A stretch of DNA of 64,000 bases from Lytechinus pictus (lineage: Eukaryota), in assembly GCF_037042905.1 (NCBI RefSeq), contig NC_087250.1, forward strand, positions 12,278,001 through 12,342,000. The letters run 5' to 3'. Both the position numbers and the translations under genes were made by a program. Under the pieces are notes generated by a model. It did not search any database. It was not told where the DNA came from and saw only the letters and a list, made by a program, of their open reading frames with translations. This document shows positions 1 through 13,208 of the stretch, in pieces. How positions within the stretch are numbered: the first letter of the stretch is position 1; each line of letters begins with the position of its first letter.

Positions 1-2778
1 TTATAAACCATACTATGTATACCCACTATTGTGTTCCAACAACCATGACAATTGTGTCGTGAAATAACGCCATCTTCTTTAAAGTGGTAAGGATTTAGAA
101 AATAGCCGTGATCAAAATCCATTTTATTTACCCATTACCCATCTTGGAGTAGGCGATGAAGGGGAAAATATGTGAAATTGAGGAAAATGTCTCGAAAATC
201 ATCTCCAATCAATGTATAAGCTTTGTTGAGCTCCACTATTACCGTACTGGTATATTGCCTCGAATCCGTCCATATGGAGAAGCTTTTCAGGAGTGCGAGT
301 GCCGAGAGTTAGGGGAATGCATGTCAATTTAGACGACTTTCCGTGTCTCTCCCGCGAGATTTAAGTTCCCAGTTTTCACGGGTTGACATACAAATGTCTG
401 GCTTGCTTTCGAATTGGACGATTGCAGTTATAAAGATGGATGCGACTGGAGAAACTAAAAAAACACAACAAAACAAATAGGATAGCGTCATGCGAAAGCA
501 TTTTTATCGTAAGCCGCGTCGTAAATCTATAATAAGGAATAACAGAAAATAGAAATACACACAGACACAAACACCCTCACACCCACACACACACACACAC
601 ATGGAATAATGATTTATATATTTCTCAGAGGGTTCTTGGTTGTATTCTGTTCAATCATTATTCATAGTTGACGAATTACTCTGTATAATTTTTTTCATTT
701 CCTGTGACTGTCCCACGCATTCTACGTACATCAGTGCTTCCGATCTTAATTTCTAAAAACGATATAAGCAGCATTGTTCCATTCTTTCATTTGAATAAAC
801 AAACAATACAGAAGTATGCCATTAGTAAACGAATAATATTTTTGTAAAATGTAAAGGCCTACTAAAAATTAAATGGTCGTAGTTTGTGTGCTCCTAAAAG
901 GTAAATTCCGCTTCCATGTTGAACCATGATAGGTCCATGGTTGAACATAATGGACGTAGTATAGTATTGCCAGTTGTCGGGTTATCAACGCTTGCGTTTG
1001 TCGACCTAACATTCGCGCGCCAGTGAAAACTGGTCCTTTGCATCACCACCCATACATCCTGTCTCCTTATTTGCTCTCATACTCGACGAAGACTACACAG
1101 TGTTTTATTGAAAGAGGTTTTCCCCCTCTTTTTTCGACGGCGATGACTTTTGCTCAGTAAATATGCAATCCATTCCCAATCTTGGGATTCGGATTATTAA
1201 AGGGCTCATGAAATATTCACCCGGTGGATTTTCAAATAGAGTGCAACCACATCCCCCAAGTCCCGCGAAGATCTGCTCGTTAGATCAGGTTTATAATGTT
1301 GCTGTGATATTAAGGCCTGGAACCTTCTTACCATGCACAACATACATTTTGAAGTTCACGTTATATTTCTTTTAAATGATCCTAAAGTGAAAGTTCAGCC
1401 AGACCAAACATTAATTGTAACAAATTGCAGAAAAAGTAATAAAAAACATTAATGAAAGTTGGAGGAATTTCCATCAATATTCAAAAGGTTTAGAGTCTTA
1501 TTGTTGTTTATGTCTCACGTCATATGCGAGGATCTTCCCATGTGTCGTGAATTTATAAAAAAATTAATGAAATTCCCCCCCCCCCACACCGGCTCCTACA
1601 AAAAAAAGGAATTTATGTATTCAATATTTCATAACATATGAGCAGCTGCTTGTATTGACGTCACATATCAACATTTTATAATCGTAATAACTTTCTTAAT
1701 CTTTAATAGGTTTTCCTCAAACCGTCGCCAATATCTTGATTATGTTTTTCTGGTATTTTACAATACACTTTTCGTCATGTTTCGTCAGGAAGCTTCTCCC
1801 CTTTAAAATGCATTCTCTATTATACTGCTTTTCATGCTTGCTAAACAAATGCTTTGATATTAATACAATCATCGTATACCTCAGATACACAATACATGAT
1901 GTATGAATAGTAGGTTTACCTAGAGTGAACTCCCTTAAAATCATTTGATAAGTCAATTCAATAAAAATTATTAAAAAGCTTTTTTTTCTTGTTAACATTA
2001 GTACAAATGTTACAATCAGTAGTCCTTATCACATCGTTGTTATTATTATCAATGCAATTATGAAATTTAATATCGTTAGTAATATTTATCACTAATATCA
2101 TCTCATATTGCTCATTTCCATCATAATTACTAATTACATTCAGTGGATCGTGTTTAGCAATGAACCTCAAGGCAAATTTTTGCCCAGATTTAGTTAGTTT
2201 CGCTAGAACATTCAAAGTTATACATTATGAGCGGGCACAACGATCCATTGACGGGGCAATAATAATAACAATGTAAAGCGGTTAGAAACACAAAGTATTA
2301 TATAAATGTAATAATTATTATTATGATGATGCACAACGTTGCACTGCAATTTTCAGAGGATGAGTCCCATTAACCTTATTGTCAGTAAGATCCAATTAAA
2401 AAAGTTATCAAGCTACTGAAATGCTTGCATCTGATTCGGCGAGTGCACATGGAGCACTCGCATAGAGCAGTAAAACCCTTCTGTGTAAACGGCCCCTATA
2501 AGCATGATTCGCGTTAACCTCAATCAAGAGAGTGAAACCCCGCCAATTTACAACCCAGAGTAATTGGCGTTTCGTGATTGGTCTGTTGTTACCATCTTCC
2601 TGAAATTGCGTAAATCTGAGTACCCGCGATTCGAGGGTGGGGTATGTGTGAGTGTGAGTTTTTCTAGTCTGCTCCCGTTCGAACCCCCTCTCACCCTCTC
2701 TCTTTCTCAATCTCTTAATCTTTCTCTCCCATCTCTTATTGCCACAACACCCTCATCCACTTCTCGACCCCACTCCAT

Positions 2779-2781
<3 letters not shown>

Positions 2782-2863
<82 letters not shown>

Positions 2864-2877
2864 CTGTATATATATAT
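2782..2877. repeat. (TA)n microsatellite
   Basis: Direct reading. Confidence 0.95.
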
Positions 2878-4246
2878 CTTCCATTCTCCCCGTTTTTCCA
2901 CTCTCATCCCCTCTATTACACACGCACCCACACCCTCCCTCACACACACACACACCATCACATGCATTCACCCACACACATACAAACAGAATCACGCACT
3001 TATTACATACTCCATTTGGTCAACTGGAGAATAAAAGAGCAGGATTCGGACTTGTGCAATCACCTATTAAAACACGAAGAAACATTATGCCTTTCTCAGT
3101 TTCCGCACCATTTTTGTATGTTCTCTTCCGAGAATAACAGCAGCAATAAAAAAAAATCGATAGTTTATCTAACTTCTCACTTCAAGAAGATTCGGCTCCG
3201 TTTGAATTCCTTCCCTACGTCATAATGACGTCATTTTGCTACAAATCTCTTCCAAACTACTTCACGTTGGGTTCCATTTGATGGGCATCTGACGTCACGT
3301 CATGTGACCTATTTACACCATACGGACAAGCTGCCACAGTTTAACTTAGATGTAGAAGTAATGAACACTATACTGCATATATATTTGGCTGTTAAACCTT
3401 CCAATTCCAATTCACTGTTTATTGTCTATCAAAGACAACTACAGTATAGCACCTCCGTGAATAATTGTTAAAAAATCATAATCAGAATTGTCATTCTGTT
3501 TTTATCTCACATTTTACTCTTACAAATTTTCTAGTAGCCATTTGATTTTCTCGCCGCTATTCTTTGTGAAAATTAGAATTTCGACTAATTATGTTCGTAG
3601 AGCCCACTCCTTTTTATGATTTATCTTTTAAAAGTGGTCATTAGAGGGCTTATATTACTTAATTTTTTTAATGAATTTCCTTCTCTCTTCCCCATTTTCT
3701 TAAGTTATTTTGTGATAAGCGCTATTCAAAATTGTTAATTATTACAAATTTTGTAACTGGTTATTAGTAAACTACCAAAGATTGCATGATGATATTCTTA
3801 GACCATTCCATGAATGAAAGTTTGCTTTATAATGAATAGAAAAGAAAAATTACTAACATAGGTTTTTGTGATAGCCCCATATATTAATTGCCGTATTTCC
3901 ATTGTCTTTCTCTTTATTAAAAGTTTTGCTCATTGCTTTATTCGGCTGATTAACTCATTTTGAACGAATAATTCATAGCTTTATTACAGATAGACCGATT
4001 GATATAAGAAGCACGTTCTTTATAAAAATATTAACATCTTGGCATTTCGCCGAGCCATCGATCTTAGGTAAGCCGCCCTGACTTCTCATTTTTCTTCAAA
4101 ACCATCACTCAAAGATCAGAGATGACCTTTTGTTTGGAGTGTTTTTAAACAACCGCAATGGAAAGAGCAAACCATTCCGCATTTTCTTCAAATGGGTGTA
4201 TTATGGAACGAATAAGAAGCATACCTTTATTGTGATCTAATACTAC

Positions 4247-5895
4247 CCTACTAGAAAGAACATTATCGCACAGTATGTGTCACACTGTTTTTACAGTGTG
4301 GAACACAATGCGAAATCCCCTTCACACTGTTAAATTTGGGCATTTCAATACTGTGAATTACATATCACATAGTCGACCATGTGAACAGTCGCACTGTCAA
4401 GGTGTCCACAATGTGAAAATATCAAAACATTTTGTGATTAGAGGATTTTAACAGTGTGAATAATAATTACACATAAACCATTATGTGAACACAATGTTTG
4501 ACACTGTGTACTTTACAGCAAGGAAGATTCAGAAGCGAGTTTGCCAAATTTAATTTATCATTAACGCCCTGAAATTATCAGTCGTTAATCCGATTTTCGG
4601 TTCCACAATGTTTATAGCTTAAATACCGAGCACAGTACAAAGAGTTCACAGCCTGAAATACTATACTATGTGGATTCATCTTCATACTTAATTTTGGCAT
4701 TTAACAATGCAAATCACATACGATCACATAATCCACTATGTGAGTGAACACACTGTGTAAAACACACTGCAGTGGTGCCCACGGTACTAAATCATCTTCA
4801 CACTTACATATTTTGTAATTTGATCTTGCGACCACATCTTTACATTTTCCAAATGTGAGCACACCATGAACACGTACCCTGTAGAGAAGTCCAATGTGCG
4901 AAATAATATTCAGACTGTTAAATTTGGGAATTTGCACTCTAAAAACACTGAGTAAAATTTTACCCAATGCTGGGTAAAAAGGGAACATGCATGTTTGCTG
5001 GGTTTTTTTTTCAACGCAACATTGCGTAAAAATCTTTTTACCAAACCAACATGCATGCTCCCAATTTACCAAATATTGGGTAAAGTCTTTTTTAGAGTGT
5101 AGAGTGTGACACACCCATTCGCATAGTCCATTATATCTAAACACACTGTGAACACTCTAACCTTGTAGAGGGGATGTGGAGGCGTCTATATACTGTGCGA
5201 AATAATATTCAGACTGTTAGATTTGAGGATTTAACAGTGAGATAAACATCCTCGCATATATTCCCTGTCTAAACACACTGTACACTCTGACAGTGTAGAG
5301 GTGACCACAGTGCAAAATAATCTTCACACTGTTTAATCATATCTCCACATGGACCACTGTGTGAACACACTGTGGACAGTCACAACGAGGAGGTTTCCAG
5401 AGGGCGAAATTATCTGCCCATTGCCAAATTTGAGCGTTTTAACAGTGTGAAACACATCTTAACACAGTCCACCATTTAAACCATGGAGCTCCATGTTTAA
5501 ACTCACTGCCAACGCCCACAATGCATACAGGTATTAAAAGTTCGAAACTATATTCACACTGTTAAACCATGGACCTAATATCCATGGTTAACCTTGAGCA
5601 CCATAACCATGATAACATTGTGAAGCACAAGTTCTTCAGGTGCGTATAACTGCTAGGATATAGTGTCATATAGCATTTTATTTGAACCAACTGTGAACTC
5701 TAATCCTGTAGAGATTTCCACATTAAGAAAATATATGCACATTGCTAAATCTGAGCATTTGTACAGTGTGAAACACATCTTATCACAGTCCACCATTTAA
5801 ACTCACTGCCTACATCCACAATGCACACAGGTATCAACAATTCCAAACTCCAATCTCCTCACTGTTAAATTTGAGCACCATAACCATGATAACAC
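4247..5895. repeat. CACAGTGTG/CACACTGT-rich degenerate repeat region; relatives at ~60450-60705 and ~63410-63550
   Basis: Dense CACAGTG/CACACTG motifs; duplicated block ~5420-5615 versus ~5740-5893. Confidence 0.6.
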
Positions 5896-5978
5896 GGCCC
5901 TTTGGAAGAATAGTCTGCTGGCTGAGGTAGGCCCTGTACCTTAAATAAGATGAAATGGAAAAATAATAATACAACACT

Positions 5979-6242
5979 TCTTACAAAGAGTTGCGATTGA
6001 TCAAATCAATCGCAACAATGGACGGCCAGCAACGTCAACATCTGTTATGCATGTTTGTTCACAATATTTTCTAGCTTTGATGTATATTCATGCATTCATT
6101 CTTTTCTTGAAATTTCACTTTGCATTTTTTTGTTTACAAAGGACATTGTGCAAATTTCTTGTAGAAAAAATTATGACACTGTTGGATTTCCATAGAGTTA
6201 CGATTGATTGGATCAATTGTAACTCTTTGTAAGACGGGGCCC
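5979..6242. mobile_element. MITE with long TIR (GGCCCCGTCTTACAAAGAGTTRCGATTGATC); inverted copy at ~21144-21407; relatives at ~35530-35662 and 35888-36047
   Basis: Inverted termini and an internal sequence shared between copies. Confidence 0.7.
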
Positions 6243-8009
6243 TGACCATGCAGACGGCATGCCTTTAGAAGTAGTGATGTAGCTTTGATCGGTCTGTGAT
6301 CGGTTTAGTTGGTATGACTATGGCACGGATCAGTAGCACCTGTCAGATAGTTGTAGCAATCAAATCGATACCGAGATGGCCTAGGTAAGGGGTATTGGTT
6401 GAAAGACTTTGTAAAGAACAAGCTAATCATATTTTTTTTGTGGACACCCCTGCTATGTATGGCCATGTATGAAAGGCAATATTTACCGACAGCAACAACT
6501 ACTAAGATAATCTTACAAATTATATCTTCTAAAATAATGCAATATCACATTTTTTAAATATAAATCAAAGCATGTGAAACATTATCCCATTTATAAGTAA
6601 TGACCAATAAACATCTTGGTCACGTAGGCTATTAAGTTCTTTGACATGTATACTGGTTTGATGGTTGATATCGGTGATAATGATGATAATAATATGACGA
6701 TGAGGAGGGGGAAGATGATAATGATGGCAAAGCGGATAACAAAGATGATGATTATGATGATGATGGTGATGCTTGACGATGATGATGATAATGGTGATGA
6801 CGATGCTGATAATGGTGATGAAAGAATGAGAGAGGGAGAAAGGTAAGAGAAGAGAAAGGAACCAGAGAGGAGGAAATATTCAGAAAGAGAGGAGACTGAT
6901 AGAAGAGATTGCGAGAGAGTAAGGGAGAGAGAGGATGAGAAAGTATCATCCCCATGGCCGAACTTTACGATCAGCGGAGATGAAACCCCTAAGCCCTTGT
7001 AAATTGAAGTTTGATTCGCAATTACACACAGCTGAGCATTTCATTACGCAATTATGACAAGATACTAGTCTGCAGGCACAGACTCGTATTTGAAAAATTA
7101 ACCATTTATACCATGTCTAGGTTAAAGACTAGCCGCCAGACTTTCTGTCTGTGTCAAATAAGAACCACCCATAGTACATAGTGAATCTAGTCTCACTACT
7201 TCAGACTCTGCATGATACACTGTGCGAATTGTGAAAACTAAGGGTCTGTACCTGCAGACTAAGATGATTCCCGCTCAGTGTTGGAGGTATTAATCCGAGG
7301 TGTGTTTTGCGTACTGATTTCATATCAGCGGTGAGTGGCGTCGTGACCACTTTATTGACTGTAGTAATTACATAAAATGAGAGTCGCCAAACCATCAGTA
7401 CCAAAGACAGCGCTTTACATCTTAATGTTAATGAGCTAATAATGAAGGGGTTTATTTACAAGATGTATTCAATGTAGTTTTTTATACAGAGAGAGAGGGA
7501 GGGGGTGGAGGAGACAGAGAGAGAGAGAAATACAATGGGTAAATCCTAATTTGTTTTACATTAGCATTGATTTTAGTATTATGATATTGCTCTCAGACCT
7601 TAAAAAATCATGTAAAAACAGTCCCGATTTCCACCTGTTTTCTTTCTTTTTTTCTATCTTGAAAAAAAAGGTATTTACATCGAAATGGAGCAAGATAAAG
7701 TGTTATGATAAATTGAAAAAAAAAACTTATTTGCATTATGCAAGAATGGTCTATTACTATCGTTGATAATACATTTTCCTTATTTTTGCTTTTAAATGTA
7801 CTAACTAAAATCTCTTATGCAAAAATATCTTTGCTTCGTAAAAGTAAGAAAAAAGAGCTAAGAATAGCTGAATATATTTCACATTCATATTTTTATCATA
7901 ACCATTACAATTATCATTCATGACCGTCAGTCTATAAACTAACTAAAAGTAACTTCTGAAGGTTTCAATGGCGAAGAAGAATAGTGTAGTAGGTTTCACG
8001 GTACACCAT

Positions 8010-10000
8010 TCAATTCAATTCAATTTATTGACCATTAAAAAGACATCAAAATATTACAAAAATAACATGATACAACAAACTAATTCAAAATATAACAGGT
8101 TACAAATTACTTAATGGTCAGGACCCCTAAGAAGCAAGACTGCTTATAGCCGGGGCCCTACAAATATACAAATAACATAAATGGTAAAAAAAGGTTATAA
8201 ATAAACACATACACATACACACACTTCCACACATCATCACACAATGCAAAAACACAGGAGATAGAATAGAAGATAAGACAAGATAAAAGAAGAAGATAAA
8301 ATACTATTACAGGGTGGGATTTGAGTTTTTTAAATTATTGAACAAAAATGACTTTGATAGTAACTTAAATCGTGAGAGAGTTGTGCTGTTTTTATATCAG
8401 AAGTTAGAGAATTCCATTCTTTCACCCCGATATATCTGATGGAATTACGAATAAAATTAATTTTAGAAAAAGGAATACGTAAGTTGTTTTGATGTCTAGT
8501 AGAGTAATTATGAATTTGAGAATTTGTTTGAAACATTTGTGAGAAATTATCTGGAAGGGTGCCTTTGTGAAATTTAAACATAAAAATCCATGTATTTAAA
8601 CGAATTAACTCAAATAAAGGTAACACTTTGTGTTTAAGGAAAAGAGGCGCACTTGGACTCATATAATGAGAATTTGTTAACAAACGAACAGCTTTCTTTT
8701 GTAAAATAAATAATTTAGATAAATTTGATTTAAAGGTGTTACCCCAAATAATATTACAATAGTTAAGATGGGGAAATAATATAGAATAATAAATATTAAG
8801 TAATATGCTGAGGGGCAAAAAATCCTTAAGTCTGTACAAAACTCCAATACATTTTAGAACTTTGTTACAAACATGATCAATGTGTTTTTTCCATTCCAAG
8901 TTTTCTTGGATAGTGACACCTAAAAAATCAATACAATCTTTCCTTTCAATGGCAATGCCATCAATTTTAACACATTCAATATTACTTACATTTTTTTTCC
9001 TTTTAGAATGGAAGATAACATACTTTGTTTTTTCAAGATTAAGTTGTAGTTTATTACATTTGAACCAGGCATTTAAGTTACATAACTCAGAATTAACTGT
9101 AGAAATCAATTTAGGTAAATTAGAGTGAGAACATAAAACAGCAGTGTCGTCTGCAAACAAGGAGAACTTAAATATTTTCGATGAGAAAAGAATATCATTT
9201 ACATATAAAATAAACAAAAGCGGCCCTAAGACTGAACCTTGTGGAATACCGACATCAATATTCATGTGATTGGATTCGACACCATCGATCACCACATACT
9301 GTTTCCGATCGGATAAATAACTGGCAAACCACTGCAGTGGAATACCACGAACCCCATAATAATTCATTTTTTTCAAAAGAATGTGGTGATCGATGGTGTC
9401 AAAAGCCTTGGATAAATCCATAAATACTCCACAACAAATATGACCCCTATTCAATTCCTCTAAGATAAAATCCGGTCCACATGCTTTATTAATTTTAAGA
9501 GATGATGATATTTCTATAATTTCGTTTACAGAGACCGGCTTGACAAAGAAGGAGTTGAATTGTTTATTTGGTAAAAAATCATTAAATGATTGGGTTGATA
9601 CAATTGAATTTGATATTTTTTTTCCTACATTGACGAAAAATGAATTAAAATATTGAGCAATATCAATCTGAGAATCCAATTTCATGTTTCCATGATACAT
9701 TGTTTTGGGTATATTTTTTTGTTTTTTGTTACCTAATATTGAATTTATTTGTCTCCAAGTTTTTTTCAAATCACCCTTGACATTGTCAAACAAATCTCTG
9801 TAGTGTTTCCTTTTAGAAAATCTGATAATGTTGGTTAGATTGTTTTTATACAATAAATATTTTTTCTTATGTTGATCACTTGGTCTCTTTAAGTATGTTT
9901 GAAATAATCTATGTTTACGTTTGACTGATTGCAATATTCCCTTTGTGATCCAAGGCTTTTTATATCTCTGTTTCTTAACTACATTGTTCAGGACCAACAC
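8010..10000 (-). mobile_element. 5'-truncated non-LTR retrotransposon (L2/Crack-like, CR1 group) with RT ORF2 fragment, 3' UTR stem-loop and (TTGAA)n tail
   Basis: ORF 8330-10024 has KPWIT, DLSKAFDTIDH, GIPQGSVLGPLLF, FADD, FLGV, YCNIIWG. Minus-strand end reads AATAAA-TTGAATTGAATTGAA at ~8010-8030; stem-loop at ~8120-8160. Confidence 0.95.
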
Positions 10001-12914
10001 TTGCCAAAGAAAGATACATGGCATACTGTGAAACCTATCACACTAACAAAAAAGTACTTTTAACTTTTTCTGCTCGTTCCATAATTCTCCTGGTGTAAAA
10101 CATTTTTTTTATTTGCAACTGTAATAGTTTGAATAGTGTGATAATGCACAATCACTTGAAGGGGTGTGCTGGTGCATCTTTAATTCACGTCTTAAAAAGT
10201 CTAGACTGTACGCTTCAGACTACTAATTAAATCACGTGTCTTGATCGGATGTTATACCCCAGGGTAGCATCCTAGGCACTCCGTTATTCATCCGGTGTTT
10301 TTGTAGTATGAGACAAAATGCATATTGACTTATTTGTCAGATGTTGTCTTCGTTAACTTCAGATCAGTTCAGGTAGACATGAAATCATGGTTCTCATCGC
10401 ATTCATGTAAGATTTTGATCGGAGGAACATTGGGAGGTAGTGTTTACTGCAAAGCAAAACCCATTTTGGAGGGATTCTGAAGAACAAATCTCTATCCCTT
10501 TCTTACTTTACCATGTTACCAGGTCGATTTCTTGTAGAGTGCCTCTTATTCCTTCCTCGGATTTGTGACTTTATTCCCTAATCTTTAGTTTCTTCGACTT
10601 TCGCTCTTTGCTTCCATCTGTCCATACTCTCATTTCTCAAAGGTTTTCGTGATGTAGTGGAATCGAGGAAAAACCCGAAAACATTAAATAAGACTACTGT
10701 TTATGGTAACTCCCGTAGGAACTCGACAAAGCTGGTATATAACAAATTACCTAGGAAACATTTTACGTCTAGGTTAATCAGTCATAGCATGGACCTATAG
10801 GTCCATGGTCATAGCGACTTCGTTGAACATATTTTTGTTGCAATGTACACAAAACTGATGAATGTAGAAAGACAGAATAAAATGATTTTTTTTTTCTTCA
10901 TTTTTAAAACTGTTTAAAAGAAAAAGCGAGTATAAAAGGAAAATGAAAAAGCAAAATAGATACATGGCAATGCATATTAAAGATAATGGAATAGAAACAA
11001 AGGAACGACATCAAAAATAACATATTCACAAATTATTAAAAGGGGATTATTGAAGAAAAACAACAACAGCAAATCAAATGATAAAAAGTAAGAAGACAAT
11101 GGAATGCTATGGGAGAATTAATAGGGGAAAGGGGAATTTAAAAAAAGGGTCCTACGAAGATTTAAAAGAAAGAAGAACATAAATATTAAGGACATTTAAA
11201 GCAGATAAAAGACATATAATGAATTTATATAAGATGGAGAAGAGAACGTGCAGAAGGGAAGGGGGAGTATTACACATATAATAACAAAAAATGATATCAA
11301 ATTGACTTGAAGAAGGTTTACGGTTCACCATGTGTAACATGAAGAAGGGAAGGAAATACTGGCAGAAATATTGAAATGGAAATGGAAAAAAAAACCTCCA
11401 CGTTATAAATTCCACCATGCAAACCTACAAAGATTATCTGATATCGAATTGGTTCTATAACCCTTTTTAAAATAAGTAGGTAAACTTTTGCAAATGTGAT
11501 AACTTGGGGTAATGGCGTATGATACATCTGTATTTAGAGAGCATGTCTGGGCGTAATGATGATAATACATCTGTATTCGGAAGAGCTTTTTTAGCAGGTG
11601 TTTCTGCATTTATTGATAATTTCAATACATGAATCACAGTCATAATAAAATAACAAAAATAAATGATAGAATTACAAATTGTGACAATTACATAATAGTA
11701 ATAGTTAATAGACATAATTTTCATACATATACGCAATAACAAATAATTATTTAAAAAATGCAGTAGCTAGCTAAATATTATATAAGGTTTTAAGGGTAAA
11801 AAATAAAAGATTAAATAATTTACACGAAATTTTCACGCCCGAGACCCAACACACATAAACACAGACTCATTGACACTCACACGCGCAAATGCACACCTAT
11901 ACAATCAGGTCACACTAAACGATTGGGAAGGTTGAAACAACATAACACACTCACATTAACATGCGCGAACACACACAAACACACACACACACAGATACAC
12001 ACGATTTGGAATCCAGGGGCCGCGGAACCGGGGGGGGGGGGGCTGGGGGGCTTCAGCCCCCTGACTTTTTTCCAAAACCGTGTACAAAAACGTAAAAATT
12101 AACATGTGATTGTGATTATTAGCATGGTAAGCCCCCCCCCCACTTTTGGCTCAGCCCCCCCCCCCCCCCACTTTGAAAACCGATCCGTTGCCCCTGGAAT
12201 CGACATGCGGATAAGAAGCACACGGCAGAAGTTTACTTTCGTTCATTTCCATTTCCAACGTTTATATAAGGTGTTTGGTGTTGTACATCTTAAAATGAGA
12301 AATAATATATAGAAATGTCTGCATACAAACATTATCATCAAGATTATAATACAAACAGTTTGGGAATGGAGGGGGCTGCTAAAAAGCGGAGCTTGTCGGA
12401 TGCAGCCTCCTTATGTTTACCACGTCACGATGTGAACGGGCCTTAAGTAATGCCCTACACGATTGAGGGTAATTCATACAAAAATCGATATCTAGGTTGT
12501 CTCTCCATTGACGATGTGATTTCACCAAGATCAAGAAAGAAAGAACTGGAGAATATCTTGCGATCAGAGAGGTATCGTGTTGGAAGAGAAAGGAAATTTG
12601 GGGAAGGGGGGGGGGGGGTAGAAGGAGGGATAGAGACGTGTGTGCGTGTGTGTGGGGGGGGGGGGGAAGGGTCGGAGGTTAATGACCAGGAAACAAGGTA
12701 TCTAATTTAAGACAGAGTATGGAAGAACGCTACTAATGATCCCAAGTAAAGAAATGGAAGGTAGTAAAGAAAAAGAGCAGAAAATGGGGGGGGGGGGGAC
12801 ATCAGATAAAATGGGAACGCCAGAGAGGGAGGTTGTTCGGTCCCACCATTCATTTTCTTGTGGGATTCACTAATCTTTGAGCACCACTGCATATTGCCTT
12901 TTTATCAATAATTG

Positions 12915-13208
12915 TAAATAATAATAATACTTATAATAGTCAGTTGTTGTATAGCGCATAACACATTATGAATAACGTCTCTATGTGCTTCCAAATGACT
13001 TGAGCAGTATTACCCCGGCTGTAGCTCAAGCAGCTAGCTTCCAGCGCTCGGCATTTCAAGGAATACATTCCTGCCATGTACCCATTCACCTCGCCAGCAC
13101 AATGTGGATACATTTTTTTGCTGAAGGAAACTACGACATGGCTGGGATTTGAACCCACGACCCTCTGTTTCAAAGTCCGGAGACTAATCCACTGGGACAC
13201 AACACTCC
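12915..13208 (-). mobile_element. tRNA-derived SINE
   Basis: Minus strand GGAGTGTTGTGTCCCAGTGGATTAG (A box) … GGTTCAAATCC (B box), core GAGGTGAATGGGTAC, TAT tail; homologous to the 53192 copy. Confidence 0.85.

Noticed and set aside
4247..5500. Dense CACAGTG motifs resembling RAG/Transib RSS heptamers (also 60450-60705)
   Set aside because: No ACAAAAACC-like nonamer at 12/23-bp spacing in the instances checked; better explained as subterminal repeats of a DNA transposon
6646..6848. Phase-2 donor AG|GTAAGA as a possible first exon of the Rab gene
   Set aside because: Embedded in GAT/GA low-complexity sequence with no homology; likely chance
8330..10024. 564-aa ORF as a host gene or active retrotransposon
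   Set aside because: No endonuclease domain or ORF1, part of the RT is deleted, and the start codon lies in flanking DNA
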